From a bacterium (GTDB taxonomy: Bacteria; Fidelibacterota; Fidelibacteria; Fidelibacterales; Fidelibacteraceae), in the NCBI GenBank assembly GCA_963676395.1, contig OY781066.1, positions 960,001-1,024,000 of the forward strand: DNA of 64,000 nt, in the 5' to 3' direction. The position numbers and the translations under genes are program-made. Under the pieces are notes generated by a model. The model saw nothing but the letters and a program-made list of their open reading frames with translations. It ran no database searches and was not told the DNA's origin. This document shows positions 21,312-30,525 of this stretch, piece by piece; position 1 is the first letter of the stretch; each line of letters opens with the position of its first letter.

Positions 21312-22949
21312 ATGAACCTCAGTTATAAAAATCAATCTATCTCATTTGAACCGACCACCGCGCTTAGCGGTAATGAGCTCATCAAAGGCTACATTGCTGC
21401 CGACGAAAAAGAAATTCTTTGCATGGCATGCGATAACGAAATTCAAAGTCTTAATAATATGGTATCACCCGATACCAAAAATTGCATTTTTTACGACATC
21501 AGTCACCCGCTGGGAGCGGAATGCCTTGCGGTTAGCACAACGGCATTGATGTTAATGTCCGCCGAAGAGCTTTTCCCCGAAACTCGCATTTCCGTCGAGC
21601 ATTCATTCGGCAAAGGTTTTTACTGCGAACCGCTAGATACAAATATTATTCCTCCCGGCTATCTTGAACTTATCAAAAGCAAAATGCATGAATTCGTTCA
21701 ATCCGATTTCCAATTTAAGGAAAGAAAATTATTACCGAGCGATATTAAAGAGCTTGGGTACAATCGCTTTAGAGTTTTAGAAAACTCTCCTAAGCAAAAC
21801 CTGCGTATTTACGAATTACAAAACTTCCCACACTGGTTTATTTCGGCTTTGGTTCCTTCTGCGTCTTATATCAATAAATTTAAGCTTACCCCCTATAAAC
21901 GTGGATTTGTACTAAATTTTCCGACTCAAGATTCTCCCAATGAAATCCCAAGTTTCAAACCATCACCTAATTTATTTTCTATTATTCGTGAAAGCGAAGA
22001 ACGTGGTGAAATGCTAGAAATCAAAACAGTAAACGACCTAAATAAACGTGGTGGCACACCCAAAGAAGCTGAGGCCATACAGTTATACGAAGCCCTTCAT
22101 GAAAAAAAGATTGCCGAGATTGCCGACGTCATCGCTCATCGTAAAAAACTGCGCTTTGTATTTATTGCCGGTCCCTCCGCTTCCGGAAAAACTACTTTCA
22201 TGAAGCGTTTGTCTTTACAATTACGCATTAACGGACTAAAGCCCAAGCATCTGTCTTTAGATAATTATTTTGTTGAAAGACATCAAACGCCCCTGGATCA
22301 AAAGGGCGAACTTGATTTCGAGCACTTCGAAGCGATTGATCACGAATTACTAAATGATCATTTGACTAAACTGATGAATGGACAGGGAGTTCATCTGCCA
22401 AAATTTCAATTTACCGAGGGTAAAAAGTTATACGACGAAAAAGAAACCACTCTTCGTGAAGATGAGATTCTCATACTTGAAGGTATACATGGACTTAATC
22501 CCAATCTTGCAAAACCTATTCCCGAACAGACAAAATTCCGTATTTATATTTCGGCATTAACTCAGTTGAATTACAACCTTTATAACCGGGTTTCCACCTC
22601 AGATACACGTCTATTACGTCGCATGTACCGCGATCTGCAATTCCGCGGGCACTCACCGGAACAAACCCTAAAACGCTGGCCCTCTGTCCGTAGAGGTGAA
22701 AATAAATGGATCTTCCCTTTTCAGGAAAATGCCGACATTTACTTTAATTCCGCCTTAGAATATGAGTGGCCGGTATTCAGCGGCATTCTGCTTAAAGAAC
22801 TACGAGCTATTCATAACAATTCTCCCATAAAAGTTGAAGCTGAACGACTCAGTTGTCTTATGGAGCTTTTTATTCCCTTTAGCACCAAATATATACCTCC
22901 CACATCACTTGTTCAGGAGTTTTTGGGTGGATCATCGTTTGTTTACTAA
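21312..22949 (+). CDS. Nucleoside (uridine) kinase with ThrRS-like N-terminal region
   Basis: AGPSASGKTT P-loop, LDNYF, EGIHGLNP, WPSVRRGE, EFLGGS. Confidence 0.88.
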   Translation: MNLSYKNQSISFEPTTALSGNELIKGYIAADEKEILCMACDNEIQSLNNMVSPDTKNCIFYDISHPLGAECLAVSTTALMLMSAEELFPETRISVEHSFGKGFYCEPLDTNIIPPGYLELIKSKMHEFVQSDFQFKERKLLPSDIKELGYNRFRVLENSPKQNLRIYELQNFPHWFISALVPSASYINKFKLTPYKRGFVLNFPTQDSPNEIPSFKPSPNLFSIIRESEERGEMLEIKTVNDLNKRGGTPKEAEAIQLYEALHEKKIAEIADVIAHRKKLRFVFIAGPSASGKTTFMKRLSLQLRINGLKPKHLSLDNYFVERHQTPLDQKGELDFEHFEAIDHELLNDHLTKLMNGQGVHLPKFQFTEGKKLYDEKETTLREDEILILEGIHGLNPNLAKPIPEQTKFRIYISALTQLNYNLYNRVSTSDTRLLRRMYRDLQFRGHSPEQTLKRWPSVRRGENKWIFPFQENADIYFNSALEYEWPVFSGILLKELRAIHNNSPIKVEAERLSCLMELFIPFSTKYIPPTSLVQEFLGGSSFVY

Positions 22950-23075
22950 TTAAAACAAAGCTCCAAATAACGTAGATTTAAACGATTTGTATATTCCTGA
23001 TAAATATTCTAATATTAACTGTGACATCTGTGATTATGATATTATTAAATTCAACTTGTAAAATTCGTAAAAAAA

Positions 23076-23705
23076 ATGCATAAAAGATCGATCAATCTCA
23101 CGGACTGGCCTCGTGCCTCTACTTTTAAACATTTCACATCCTACTCCAATCCTTATTTTGGTATCTGCACCGAAGTAGATTGTACTAAAGCCTATCGTTA
23201 TGCCAAAGAAAAGGGCATGTCTTTTTTCCTTTTTTATTTTTATCTCTCTCTACAAACAGCAAATAACATCCCTGAATTTCGCATACGAATAGAAAAAGGC
23301 AAAGCCGTGATCTATGATAAAGTCAAAGGTTCTCCCACCATTATGAAAAACGATGGTGAGCTTGGATATGCCATGATGGAATATGATGAGAATTTTGAAA
23401 ACTTCTACAGATCAGCTCAAGCGGAAGTGCAGCGAGTAAAAACTCAGGATCATCTTGATACATCACAAGATTGTCCCGATACCATCTATTATTCCATTCT
23501 TCCCTGGGTAAAATTTACATCTATTGAACATCCCATGAATATACCTACCACCGAGGGTGTTCCCATTCTCACCTTTGGTAAAATGACCGAAGTAAACGAT
23601 CGCAAAACCATGCCTATTGCCATACATGCTCATCATGCCTTAATGGATGGAATGCATATGGCAAAGTTTGTAGAATCCTTTCAAAATAAACTGGATTCTT
23701 TCTAA
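23076..23705 (+). CDS. CatA-like O-acetyltransferase (chloramphenicol acetyltransferase family)
   Basis: W.R...F.HF, IPEFRIR, SILPW..FT, P..TFGK, HHALMDG. Confidence 0.85.
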   Translation: MHKRSINLTDWPRASTFKHFTSYSNPYFGICTEVDCTKAYRYAKEKGMSFFLFYFYLSLQTANNIPEFRIRIEKGKAVIYDKVKGSPTIMKNDGELGYAMMEYDENFENFYRSAQAEVQRVKTQDHLDTSQDCPDTIYYSILPWVKFTSIEHPMNIPTTEGVPILTFGKMTEVNDRKTMPIAIHAHHALMDGMHMAKFVESFQNKLDSF

Positions 23706-23792
23706 ACTATTCCAATGATCCCTAAATCTTATTTAAAGCTATCCCATTACTCTTGATATCCTATCCATATTATCCTGCCGCCCAATCAAAAT

Positions 23793-23863
23793 AAAAAACT
23801 TACCGAAAGGTAAGTTTTTTTCTTGCAAACGGGAACATCGACACTTACTTTCCGTTCGGTAAG
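23793..23863 (+). promoter_or_regulatory. Promoter with two candidate TetR operators
   Basis: Inverted repeat AAAAAACTTACC-gaaa-GGTAAGTTTTTT (23793-23820); TTGCAA(23823)-17 bp-TACTTT(23846); second site CTTTCCGTTCGGTAAG (23848-23863). Confidence 0.6.
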
Positions 23864-23885
23864 TATAAAAAGGAGTCAAACATAT

Positions 23886-24479
23886 ATGGGCGACATAACA
23901 ACACACGATAAGATCATAGATACTGCCATCCGCTCTTTTTCAGAGCGGGGATATGCCGGTACATCTATGAGAGAGATAGCCGAAGAGTTAAATATAACCA
24001 AGGCAGCACTTTATTATCATTTCCCCGGAAAAGAGGAAATATTCAACTCGTGCATTCGTCATAGTATTGAGAGCATCGTGCTTAATCTCGAAAAACTGGT
24101 TGAGGCCGATATGGTATTTTGGGATAAATTGCGATTTTTGATAAAAAGCATGTTAACGTTTTCTGATAAAAATCCTCATGTTTTTGTTTTCTTCAGAAAA
24201 CTGATGACCAAAAACTTTGATGCAGAATTTGATATTGAAAAACTTGAGTCTTTCTTTAATCGTCAGCTAGTTGCATCACGAGAACTTATCAAGCAAGGCA
24301 TAGAAAGCGGGGAACTTCGTAATGATTTGCCTGTAAACTTTTTGGCTACTGCCATTAACGGTATGATCCATCATACTTCAGGTCCTCAAATGAGGATCAT
24401 GGCCGAACTAAACAACTCCCCGGAAGAACATACAGAAAATCTGATAACACTTATAAAAGAAGGATTTACGCAGAAATGA
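23886..24479 (+). CDS. TetR/AcrR family transcriptional regulator
   Basis: A..F..GY..TSMREIA.....[18 protein letters not shown] after AGGAG. Confidence 0.92.
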   Translation: MGDITTHDKIIDTAIRSFSERGYAGTSMREIAEELNITKAALYYHFPGKEEIFNSCIRHSIESIVLNLEKLVEADMVFWDKLRFLIKSMLTFSDKNPHVFVFFRKLMTKNFDAEFDIEKLESFFNRQLVASRELIKQGIESGELRNDLPVNFLATAINGMIHHTSGPQMRIMAELNNSPEEHTENLITLIKEGFTQK

Positions 24480-25792
24480 AAAAATTCTTAAGCATCATGT
24501 TAATTCTGACTGTTGCGCTTTCAGCGAAGGAGCTCACTTTGCATGAAGCAGAAACCCTCGCGTTGGAAAACAACATTCAGATCAAACTTTCAGAAGCCTC
24601 ACTTAAAAAAGCAAAAGCTTCCTCAAACGAGTCCTTGGCAAACTTTTTTCCAACGGTCTCGTCTTATTATCAGCTAACCGATAACCTGGAACTCTCTGTG
24701 ATGGTCGTAGACTTTGATGGTGATGGTCCTCAACCTCCCACTGAATTGAAAATGGGCACACAGTTTAACTCAACTGCAGGTATTCAACTACAATATCCCA
24801 TCTTTACCGGTGGTGCAATTCTAAATGGTCAACTGCTTTCAAAATCGGCCGTGAGCTTATCCGAGCTATCAATGCAAGATCAGGTAAACACGGTTATTCA
24901 TACCATCCGTGTTCTTTACTATCAAGCACAAATGCTTGAATCAATGTGTGAAGCTACCAAGATGGGGCTTGAATCTGCTAAAGAGAGCTACGGACTCGCG
25001 CTGCAGCGTCAACGTGTCGGTCAAGCTACAGAGCTTGATGTTTTGCAAACAAAAGTTCAATATGAATCTTATAAACCTCAATTGCTCTCTCTGGAGAACC
25101 AACTGGTATCTGCTCTAGCCAATCTAAAAACCTATATCAATGATCCCTCACTTGAAGAAGTTGCGGTTGTGGGTCAACTTGAAATGATCACCAATCCCTA
25201 CGAAGGGATGAGCGTTGAAGAACTTCAGGCTATTACATTAAATGAACGCCTTGAATTAAAGATGGCTGAAGAACAAAAGAAAATAGCCAAATACCAGCGC
25301 AATTTAGCTTTGAGTGGTATAATGCCCAAAGTTCAGCTTGGTGGTACAATGCAATGGCAAGCAAATACAGACGATCTTGCCAATCTTGATCATCTGCGTT
25401 CATCCAATGTCTCAATTTCTGTTTCTCTGCCTATCTTTTCAGGTGGCAAAACCGCAGCGGGCATCCAAAAAGCCAGCATTGGTGTCAAAGAAGCAAATTA
25501 CCAGATCGAACAGATCGAAGACTTTGTATACACCAATGTCGACGAAGCTTATCGCAAAGTTAATGAAACCATGAGCAATATTATTGCTACCGATAATGTC
25601 GTAAAACAAGCTCAAGAAGCTCTTCGCTTATCCAAGCTCCTTTATGAGAATGGATCAGCTACTCAAATAGAACTCATGTCAGCCGAATCTGCTTATATTG
25701 GTGCAAAAGCAAATTACATTTCAATGGTATTCCAATATAATCTTGCTGTAGAAGATTTAAAAAAATCATTAAACAACTTACTTAGCTATTAA
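24476..25792 (+). CDS. TolC-family outer membrane efflux protein
   Basis: Signal peptide, two OEP-like repeats (PIFTGG / PIFSGG), operon context. Confidence 0.88.
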   Translation: MKKFLSIMLILTVALSAKELTLHEAETLALENNIQIKLSEASLKKAKASSNESLANFFPTVSSYYQLTDNLELSVMVVDFDGDGPQPPTELKMGTQFNSTAGIQLQYPIFTGGAILNGQLLSKSAVSLSELSMQDQVNTVIHTIRVLYYQAQMLESMCEATKMGLESAKESYGLALQRQRVGQATELDVLQTKVQYESYKPQLLSLENQLVSALANLKTYINDPSLEEVAVVGQLEMITNPYEGMSVEELQAITLNERLELKMAEEQKKIAKYQRNLALSGIMPKVQLGGTMQWQANTDDLANLDHLRSSNVSISVSLPIFSGGKTAAGIQKASIGVKEANYQIEQIEDFVYTNVDEAYRKVNETMSNIIATDNVVKQAQEALRLSKLLYENGSATQIELMSAESAYIGAKANYISMVFQYNLAVEDLKKSLNNLLSY

Positions 25793-25803
25793 TGGAGAAA
25801 ACG

Positions 25804-27069
25804 ATGAAACATTCATTAAAAATAATTTCACTAATTATCATTGCAGGACTTATACTGGTATCCTGCGGTGCACCCGGTGCGAAACCGACCGTGAAAGTTG
25901 ATTATAACAAAACAGTTGAAAATATACGCACATTAACCAATGAATTGGACAAAAATGCCAATGATGCAGAAATACGTCGATATCTTTCCAAGGTTAAAAA
26001 GGTGCTTCAACCTGTTTCTGACAACAAAAACAATAAAAATTTAAGTATCGTCCCTGTTAATGTCCAGGTCGTTGAAACGGAAAGCATTACTGAAAAGATA
26101 CAATACTTGGGTAACATCAGTGGAGATCCCAGTGTTGTCGTTTATCCAAAACTATCTGATCTTATTAACGATATCTTTGTTGAAAACGGTGATTATGTCA
26201 AGAAAGGTCAAGTATTGGCGAGCATCAGCGATGCCACTGTCAGAGCTTCAAAAGCTCAAGCGGAAGCAGCCTATTTTAGCGCCAAAAGCCAAGTTGCAAA
26301 TGTCAAAGTTGAATATGAAAGAATGAAAACTTTGTATGAGGCAAAAGCTATCAGCGATTCTCAATGGGACCAACTTCTAACACAAAAAGAAGTGGCAGAA
26401 GCGGGATTAAAACAAGCAAAAGCAGCACTTGACATGGCAGAAACACAATTGGCTTACGCAAAGATCAGCGCACCTATTTCAGGTTATGTATCTAATCTTG
26501 CATATGAAATCGGGGACATGTCTACACCTCAAAAACCTTTTGCAACAATTCACCAGATCAAAACCATTCAAACAAAAGTCAATGTTACAGAAAGAGATCT
26601 TGGAAAGATCAAAGTCGGTCAGCGTTCAGAGATAAATGTTGAAGCTTATCCTAATGATGTCTTTATGGGTACTGTTGTAAATGTTTCACCCGTGATCGAT
26701 CCCATGACGCGTACCGCTCAGGTTGAGATCAAAAGTGAAAATGCCGATAAACGACTAAAACCCGGCATGTTTGCGCGAGTATCAATATTAACCAACGAAC
26801 TCGAAAATGCACTTACCATCGACAAAGCTGCTACAAACAAACAAACCGTTTTAAAACGTTTTGGCGATAGTGTTCGTGATGAAAAGGTTGTTGAAACATA
26901 TTCTTGTTTTATTGTGCGCGACGGTGTTGCACTGGAAGTTCCTATCGAGATCGGTATCGAATCAAAAACAAAATATGAAGTAACATCCGGTCTTTCCGAA
27001 GGTGATCTCGTCGTAATTATGGGACAAAACAACCTTAGCGACTCCACCCTGGTGAATATTATCAAATAA
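25804..27069 (+). CDS. RND efflux periplasmic adaptor (MFP), lipoprotein
   Basis: LVSC lipobox, V.NGD.VKKGQ, ISAPISG, LKPGMFA. Confidence 0.9.
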   Translation: MKHSLKIISLIIIAGLILVSCGAPGAKPTVKVDYNKTVENIRTLTNELDKNANDAEIRRYLSKVKKVLQPVSDNKNNKNLSIVPVNVQVVETESITEKIQYLGNISGDPSVVVYPKLSDLINDIFVENGDYVKKGQVLASISDATVRASKAQAEAAYFSAKSQVANVKVEYERMKTLYEAKAISDSQWDQLLTQKEVAEAGLKQAKAALDMAETQLAYAKISAPISGYVSNLAYEIGDMSTPQKPFATIHQIKTIQTKVNVTERDLGKIKVGQRSEINVEAYPNDVFMGTVVNVSPVIDPMTRTAQVEIKSENADKRLKPGMFARVSILTNELENALTIDKAATNKQTVLKRFGDSVRDEKVVETYSCFIVRDGVALEVPIEIGIESKTKYEVTSGLSEGDLVVIMGQNNLSDSTLVNIIK

Positions 27070-27089
27070 ACTCTGAAAGAGGCTAATAA

Positions 27090-30000
27090 ATGAAATTATC
27101 ATCATTAAGTATAAGACGTCCGATCACCTTCTTTATGATCTTTTTGATCGCTTTGGGATTTGGTGTATTTGGATTATCCAGATTAAAGCTGGATCTTTAT
27201 CCGAATCTTGAATTTCCCGTTGCGCTCGTGATCACCAACTACGAAGGTGTTGGACCGGAAGATATTGAAAACAGTGTAACACGAACACTTGAAGGTTCCA
27301 TCTCAACCGTAGAAGGGATCAAACATATTAATTCAACATCAAGCAAAGGTTTATCGATCATTCAGGTTGAGTTCAACTGGGGAACAGATATGAACCAGGC
27401 CGAAACGGATATACGTCGACAAATCGACTTCGTCCGGGATTTTTTACCTGCCGATGCAACCGATCCAATCACCTTTGTGTTTGACCCCTCTTTTATCCCA
27501 GTAATGAGGCTCATGGTGGCATCCGAAGAATTGGGGAGTGCCGAGCTTCGACAACTTGTAGAGGAGCAAGTGCAACCTAGAATAGAACGAGTTGACGGTG
27601 TTGCCTCTGCCACGGTTAATGGTGGTTTAGAACGCGAAATTCAGGTCAACATCAATCCCTTTGAGTTGGCGGCCAATAATATTTCCATTCTTGATGTAAG
27701 CACACTATTGGGAGTATCCAACCTCCCAATTCCGGGTGGTTTGATCGAAGAAGGTAATTTGGAATTCTCTGTAACAACAAACTCTGAATTCGAAAATATA
27801 GATGACATCCGCAATACGGTTGTTGGATATTCAAATATGGGAGAACCTATCTTCCTGAAAAATGTTGCTACCGTGGTTGACGGATACAAAGATATCACAG
27901 ATATCGTAAGAGATAACGGTGTGAATACTATTAATATTCGTGTCCAAAAACAATCTGACGCCAATACGGTTCAAGTGGCAAACTCTGTTTCAGAAGTCTT
28001 GGCTGATATTGAAAGCAGCGTAGGAAACGGTATTGAGATCTATGTAAACTTTGACCAATCAGAGTTTATTAAAGAATCCGCCAATAACCTTGCGATCACC
28101 GGTATTCTTGCCTTTCTATTGACCGGTCTGGTATTATTTCTTTTTTTGCGACACTTCAGCTCAGCTCTTACCGCTGCCATTTCCGTGCCGGTATCTATCG
28201 TTGTGACTTTCTTTGTTATGAATATTCTTGGGGTTACCTTAAATATTATTTCAATGGCGGGCTTGGCGATCGCCATCGGTATGTTAGTGGATAACTCGGT
28301 CGTGGTATTGGAAAATATTTTCCGCCGTAATCGTGACCTGAATGAAGCTATTTGCCTAGCAGCCGACAAAGGTGCTTCTGAAGTGGGTACCGCCGTTATG
28401 GCCTCAACCTTAACAACCCTATCAATTTTTATACCCATGTTGTTCGTCGGTGGTGTTGCCGGAGAAATGATAAAAGACCTGGCGTTGACGATCATTGTTT
28501 CTCTTACCGTCTCATTGTTCGTTTCTTTAACTTTGGTTCCCCTGCTTTCTTCAAAGCTGCTTTCTAAAAAACAACAAGCTCATAAAACAAAGGCAATGCA
28601 AGGTTTTGATAAGAGAATGGGAAATTTCTTTAAAAAACTTGGAAACGGGTATCAAAAAACTCTGGCTTGGGCTTTAGGTCACAAGAAAACCATTGTCTTT
28701 TCAGTTATCGGTCTTTTCGTAATTGGTATTATTCTGCTAGGCCAGGTTGGCTTTGAATTTATGCCTAAAACAGATGATAATGAGATCAGTCTGGATGTCG
28801 AACTACCCGTAGGTACAGCTTTACCAACGACCGACAGTTATTTCCGTCAGATCGAAAATCTTGTCATTATGGATGTTCCGGAATTGGAAAATATTAACGT
28901 AAGTTTTGGTAGCCGAACCGGTATTGCTTCTGTTTTCGGTGGCTCTTCAAACAGTGGTTCCGTATCACTTTCTTTGATTGATAAAGATCAACGCGAGCGA
29001 AGTAAATTTGAGATTCAAGATGAACTTCGTGAAAAGATCAACAAAATCCCCGGAGTTAAAGCAACCTTTGCAAGCGGTAATTTCATGGGTGGTGGTAACG
29101 GTGCCGACCTTACGCTTGAGATCTATGGTTTTGATATGAACGAAGCCAAACGTGTTGCTAATGACTTGAAAAATAAAATGAAAAATATTGGCGGTATCGT
29201 TGATATTAATCTGTCATTTTCGGACCCTCAACCGGAATACAGCATTAAGATCGATCGTGAAAAAGCCAGTTTAATGGGCCTGAATATCGCACAGCTCTCA
29301 CAGATCGTTGAAACTGCCGTCAAAGGTAAAACCGCTTCGATCTACCGTGAAGGTGGTAATGAATATGATGTTTATGTACAACTTGATCGTCAATTCCGCG
29401 AATCGGAACAAGACCTGAAAAGTATATTTATTGCAACTCCTTCTGGAAATCAAATCCCTTTGAGTGCGATTGCTACGATCACAAAAACCGAATCTCCTGT
29501 TTCCATCTCACGAAAAGATCAGAGTCGTTTGGTAACACTGAGCGCAAACGTCAGTGGACTTGATCTGGGTACAGCCACCAACCTGGTTGAATCCGAGATC
29601 AACACATTGGCAATGCCCTCTGATTTCCGTATTGAGATTAGTGGTGCTGCGCAAGATTTAAGAGAAACAACCAGTTCATTTATGCTCGCAATTCTTATTG
29701 CGATCGCATTGGTATACATGGTTATGGCATCACAGTTCGAATCTTTACTCGATCCTTTTATTATTCTCTTTACCATACCACTAGCTTTAATCGGGGTTGC
29801 TGTTATGTTATTCCTAACCGGAACCACGCTAAACATGACATCTCTGATCGGTTTGGTTGTGTTGGTAGGTATCGTAGTTAATAATGGTATCGTATTGATA
29901 GATTATATTAACCGATTGATCCGTGAAGACAAAATGCATGTAACAGACGCCATTCTTAAAGGGTCGGAAACTCGTTTGCGTCCCATTTTAATGACGGCTC

Positions 30001-30218
30001 TTACCACAATTCTCTCCATGATCCCTCTCGCGCTTGAACTGGGATCCGGTGCAGAACTCTGGGGCCCTATGGCTCGTGCCATTATCGGCGGATTACTGGC
30101 TTCGACTTTCTTAACGCTCTACTTCATTCCAATCGTCTTTGATAGCTTTCAACATCGCAGAATGGAAAAGAAATTAGATGAAAGTTGTGAAGACATGGTT
30201 GATGTTGACGTGTCTTAA
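27090..30218 (+). CDS. RND efflux permease (AcrB/AcrD/AcrF family)
   Basis: GMLVDNSVVVLENI, GIVVNNGIVL, RLRPILMT; 1042 aa. Confidence 0.95.
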   Translation: MKLSSLSIRRPITFFMIFLIALGFGVFGLSRLKLDLYPNLEFPVALVITNYEGVGPEDIENSVTRTLEGSISTVEGIKHINSTSSKGLSIIQVEFNWGTDMNQAETDIRRQIDFVRDFLPADATDPITFVFDPSFIPVMRLMVASEELGSAELRQLVEEQVQPRIERVDGVASATVNGGLEREIQVNINPFELAANNISILDVSTLLGVSNLPIPGGLIEEGNLEFSVTTNSEFENIDDIRNTVVGYSNMGEPIFLKNVATVVDGYKDITDIVRDNGVNTINIRVQKQSDANTVQVANSVSEVLADIESSVGNGIEIYVNFDQSEFIKESANNLAITGILAFLLTGLVLFLFLRHFSSALTAAISVPVSIVVTFFVMNILGVTLNIISMAGLAIAIGMLVDNSVVVLENIFRRNRDLNEAICLAADKGASEVGTAVMASTLTTLSIFIPMLFVGGVAGEMIKDLALTIIVSLTVSLFVSLTLVPLLSSKLLSKKQQAHKTKAMQGFDKRMGNFFKKLGNGYQKTLAWALGHKKTIVFSVIGLFVIGIILLGQVGFEFMPKTDDNEISLDVELPVGTALPTTDSYFRQIENLVIMDVPELENINVSFGSRTGIASVFGGSSNSGSVSLSLIDKDQRERSKFEIQDELREKINKIPGVKATFASGNFMGGGNGADLTLEIYGFDMNEAKRVANDLKNKMKNIGGIVDINLSFSDPQPEYSIKIDREKASLMGLNIAQLSQIVETAVKGKTASIYREGGNEYDVYVQLDRQFRESEQDLKSIFIATPSGNQIPLSAIATITKTESPVSISRKDQSRLVTLSANVSGLDLGTATNLVESEINTLAMPSDFRIEISGAAQDLRETTSSFMLAILIAIALVYMVMASQFESLLDPFIILFTIPLALIGVAVMLFLTGTTLNMTSLIGLVVLVGIVVNNGIVLIDYINRLIREDKMHVTDAILKGSETRLRPILMTALTTILSMIPLALELGSGAELWGPMARAIIGGLLASTFLTLYFIPIVFDSFQHRRMEKKLDESCEDMVDVDVS

Positions 30219-30289
30219 AATATATTATCGTGGGGAATGGTCGCTACTATTTCTTGCGTTAACATAATTTTAATTGCTAGATAAAACTC

Positions 30290-30319
30290 AAAAACCTCGG
30301 GTTAAACCCGAGGCTTTTT
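30290..30319 (+). terminator. Intrinsic terminator (possibly bidirectional)
   Basis: AAAAA-CCTCGGGTT-a-AACCCGAGG-CTTTTT. Confidence 0.75.
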
Positions 30320-30525
30320 GATTGTAACAACTTACTAAAAATCTTTAATGGAGAATTAAAGCCGTCTTATCTCATTCCACATATCACGCAAAGCTCTAAC
30401 AAACCCTGATCAAAAACAATTCATAAATAGTTTTTACCTTTTAATTCCATCAATTTATAACTCAAATGCTTATATGACAAAGACTAAAGACAGTGGATTA
30501 TTTATCATCCTTTATCAATCATTCG

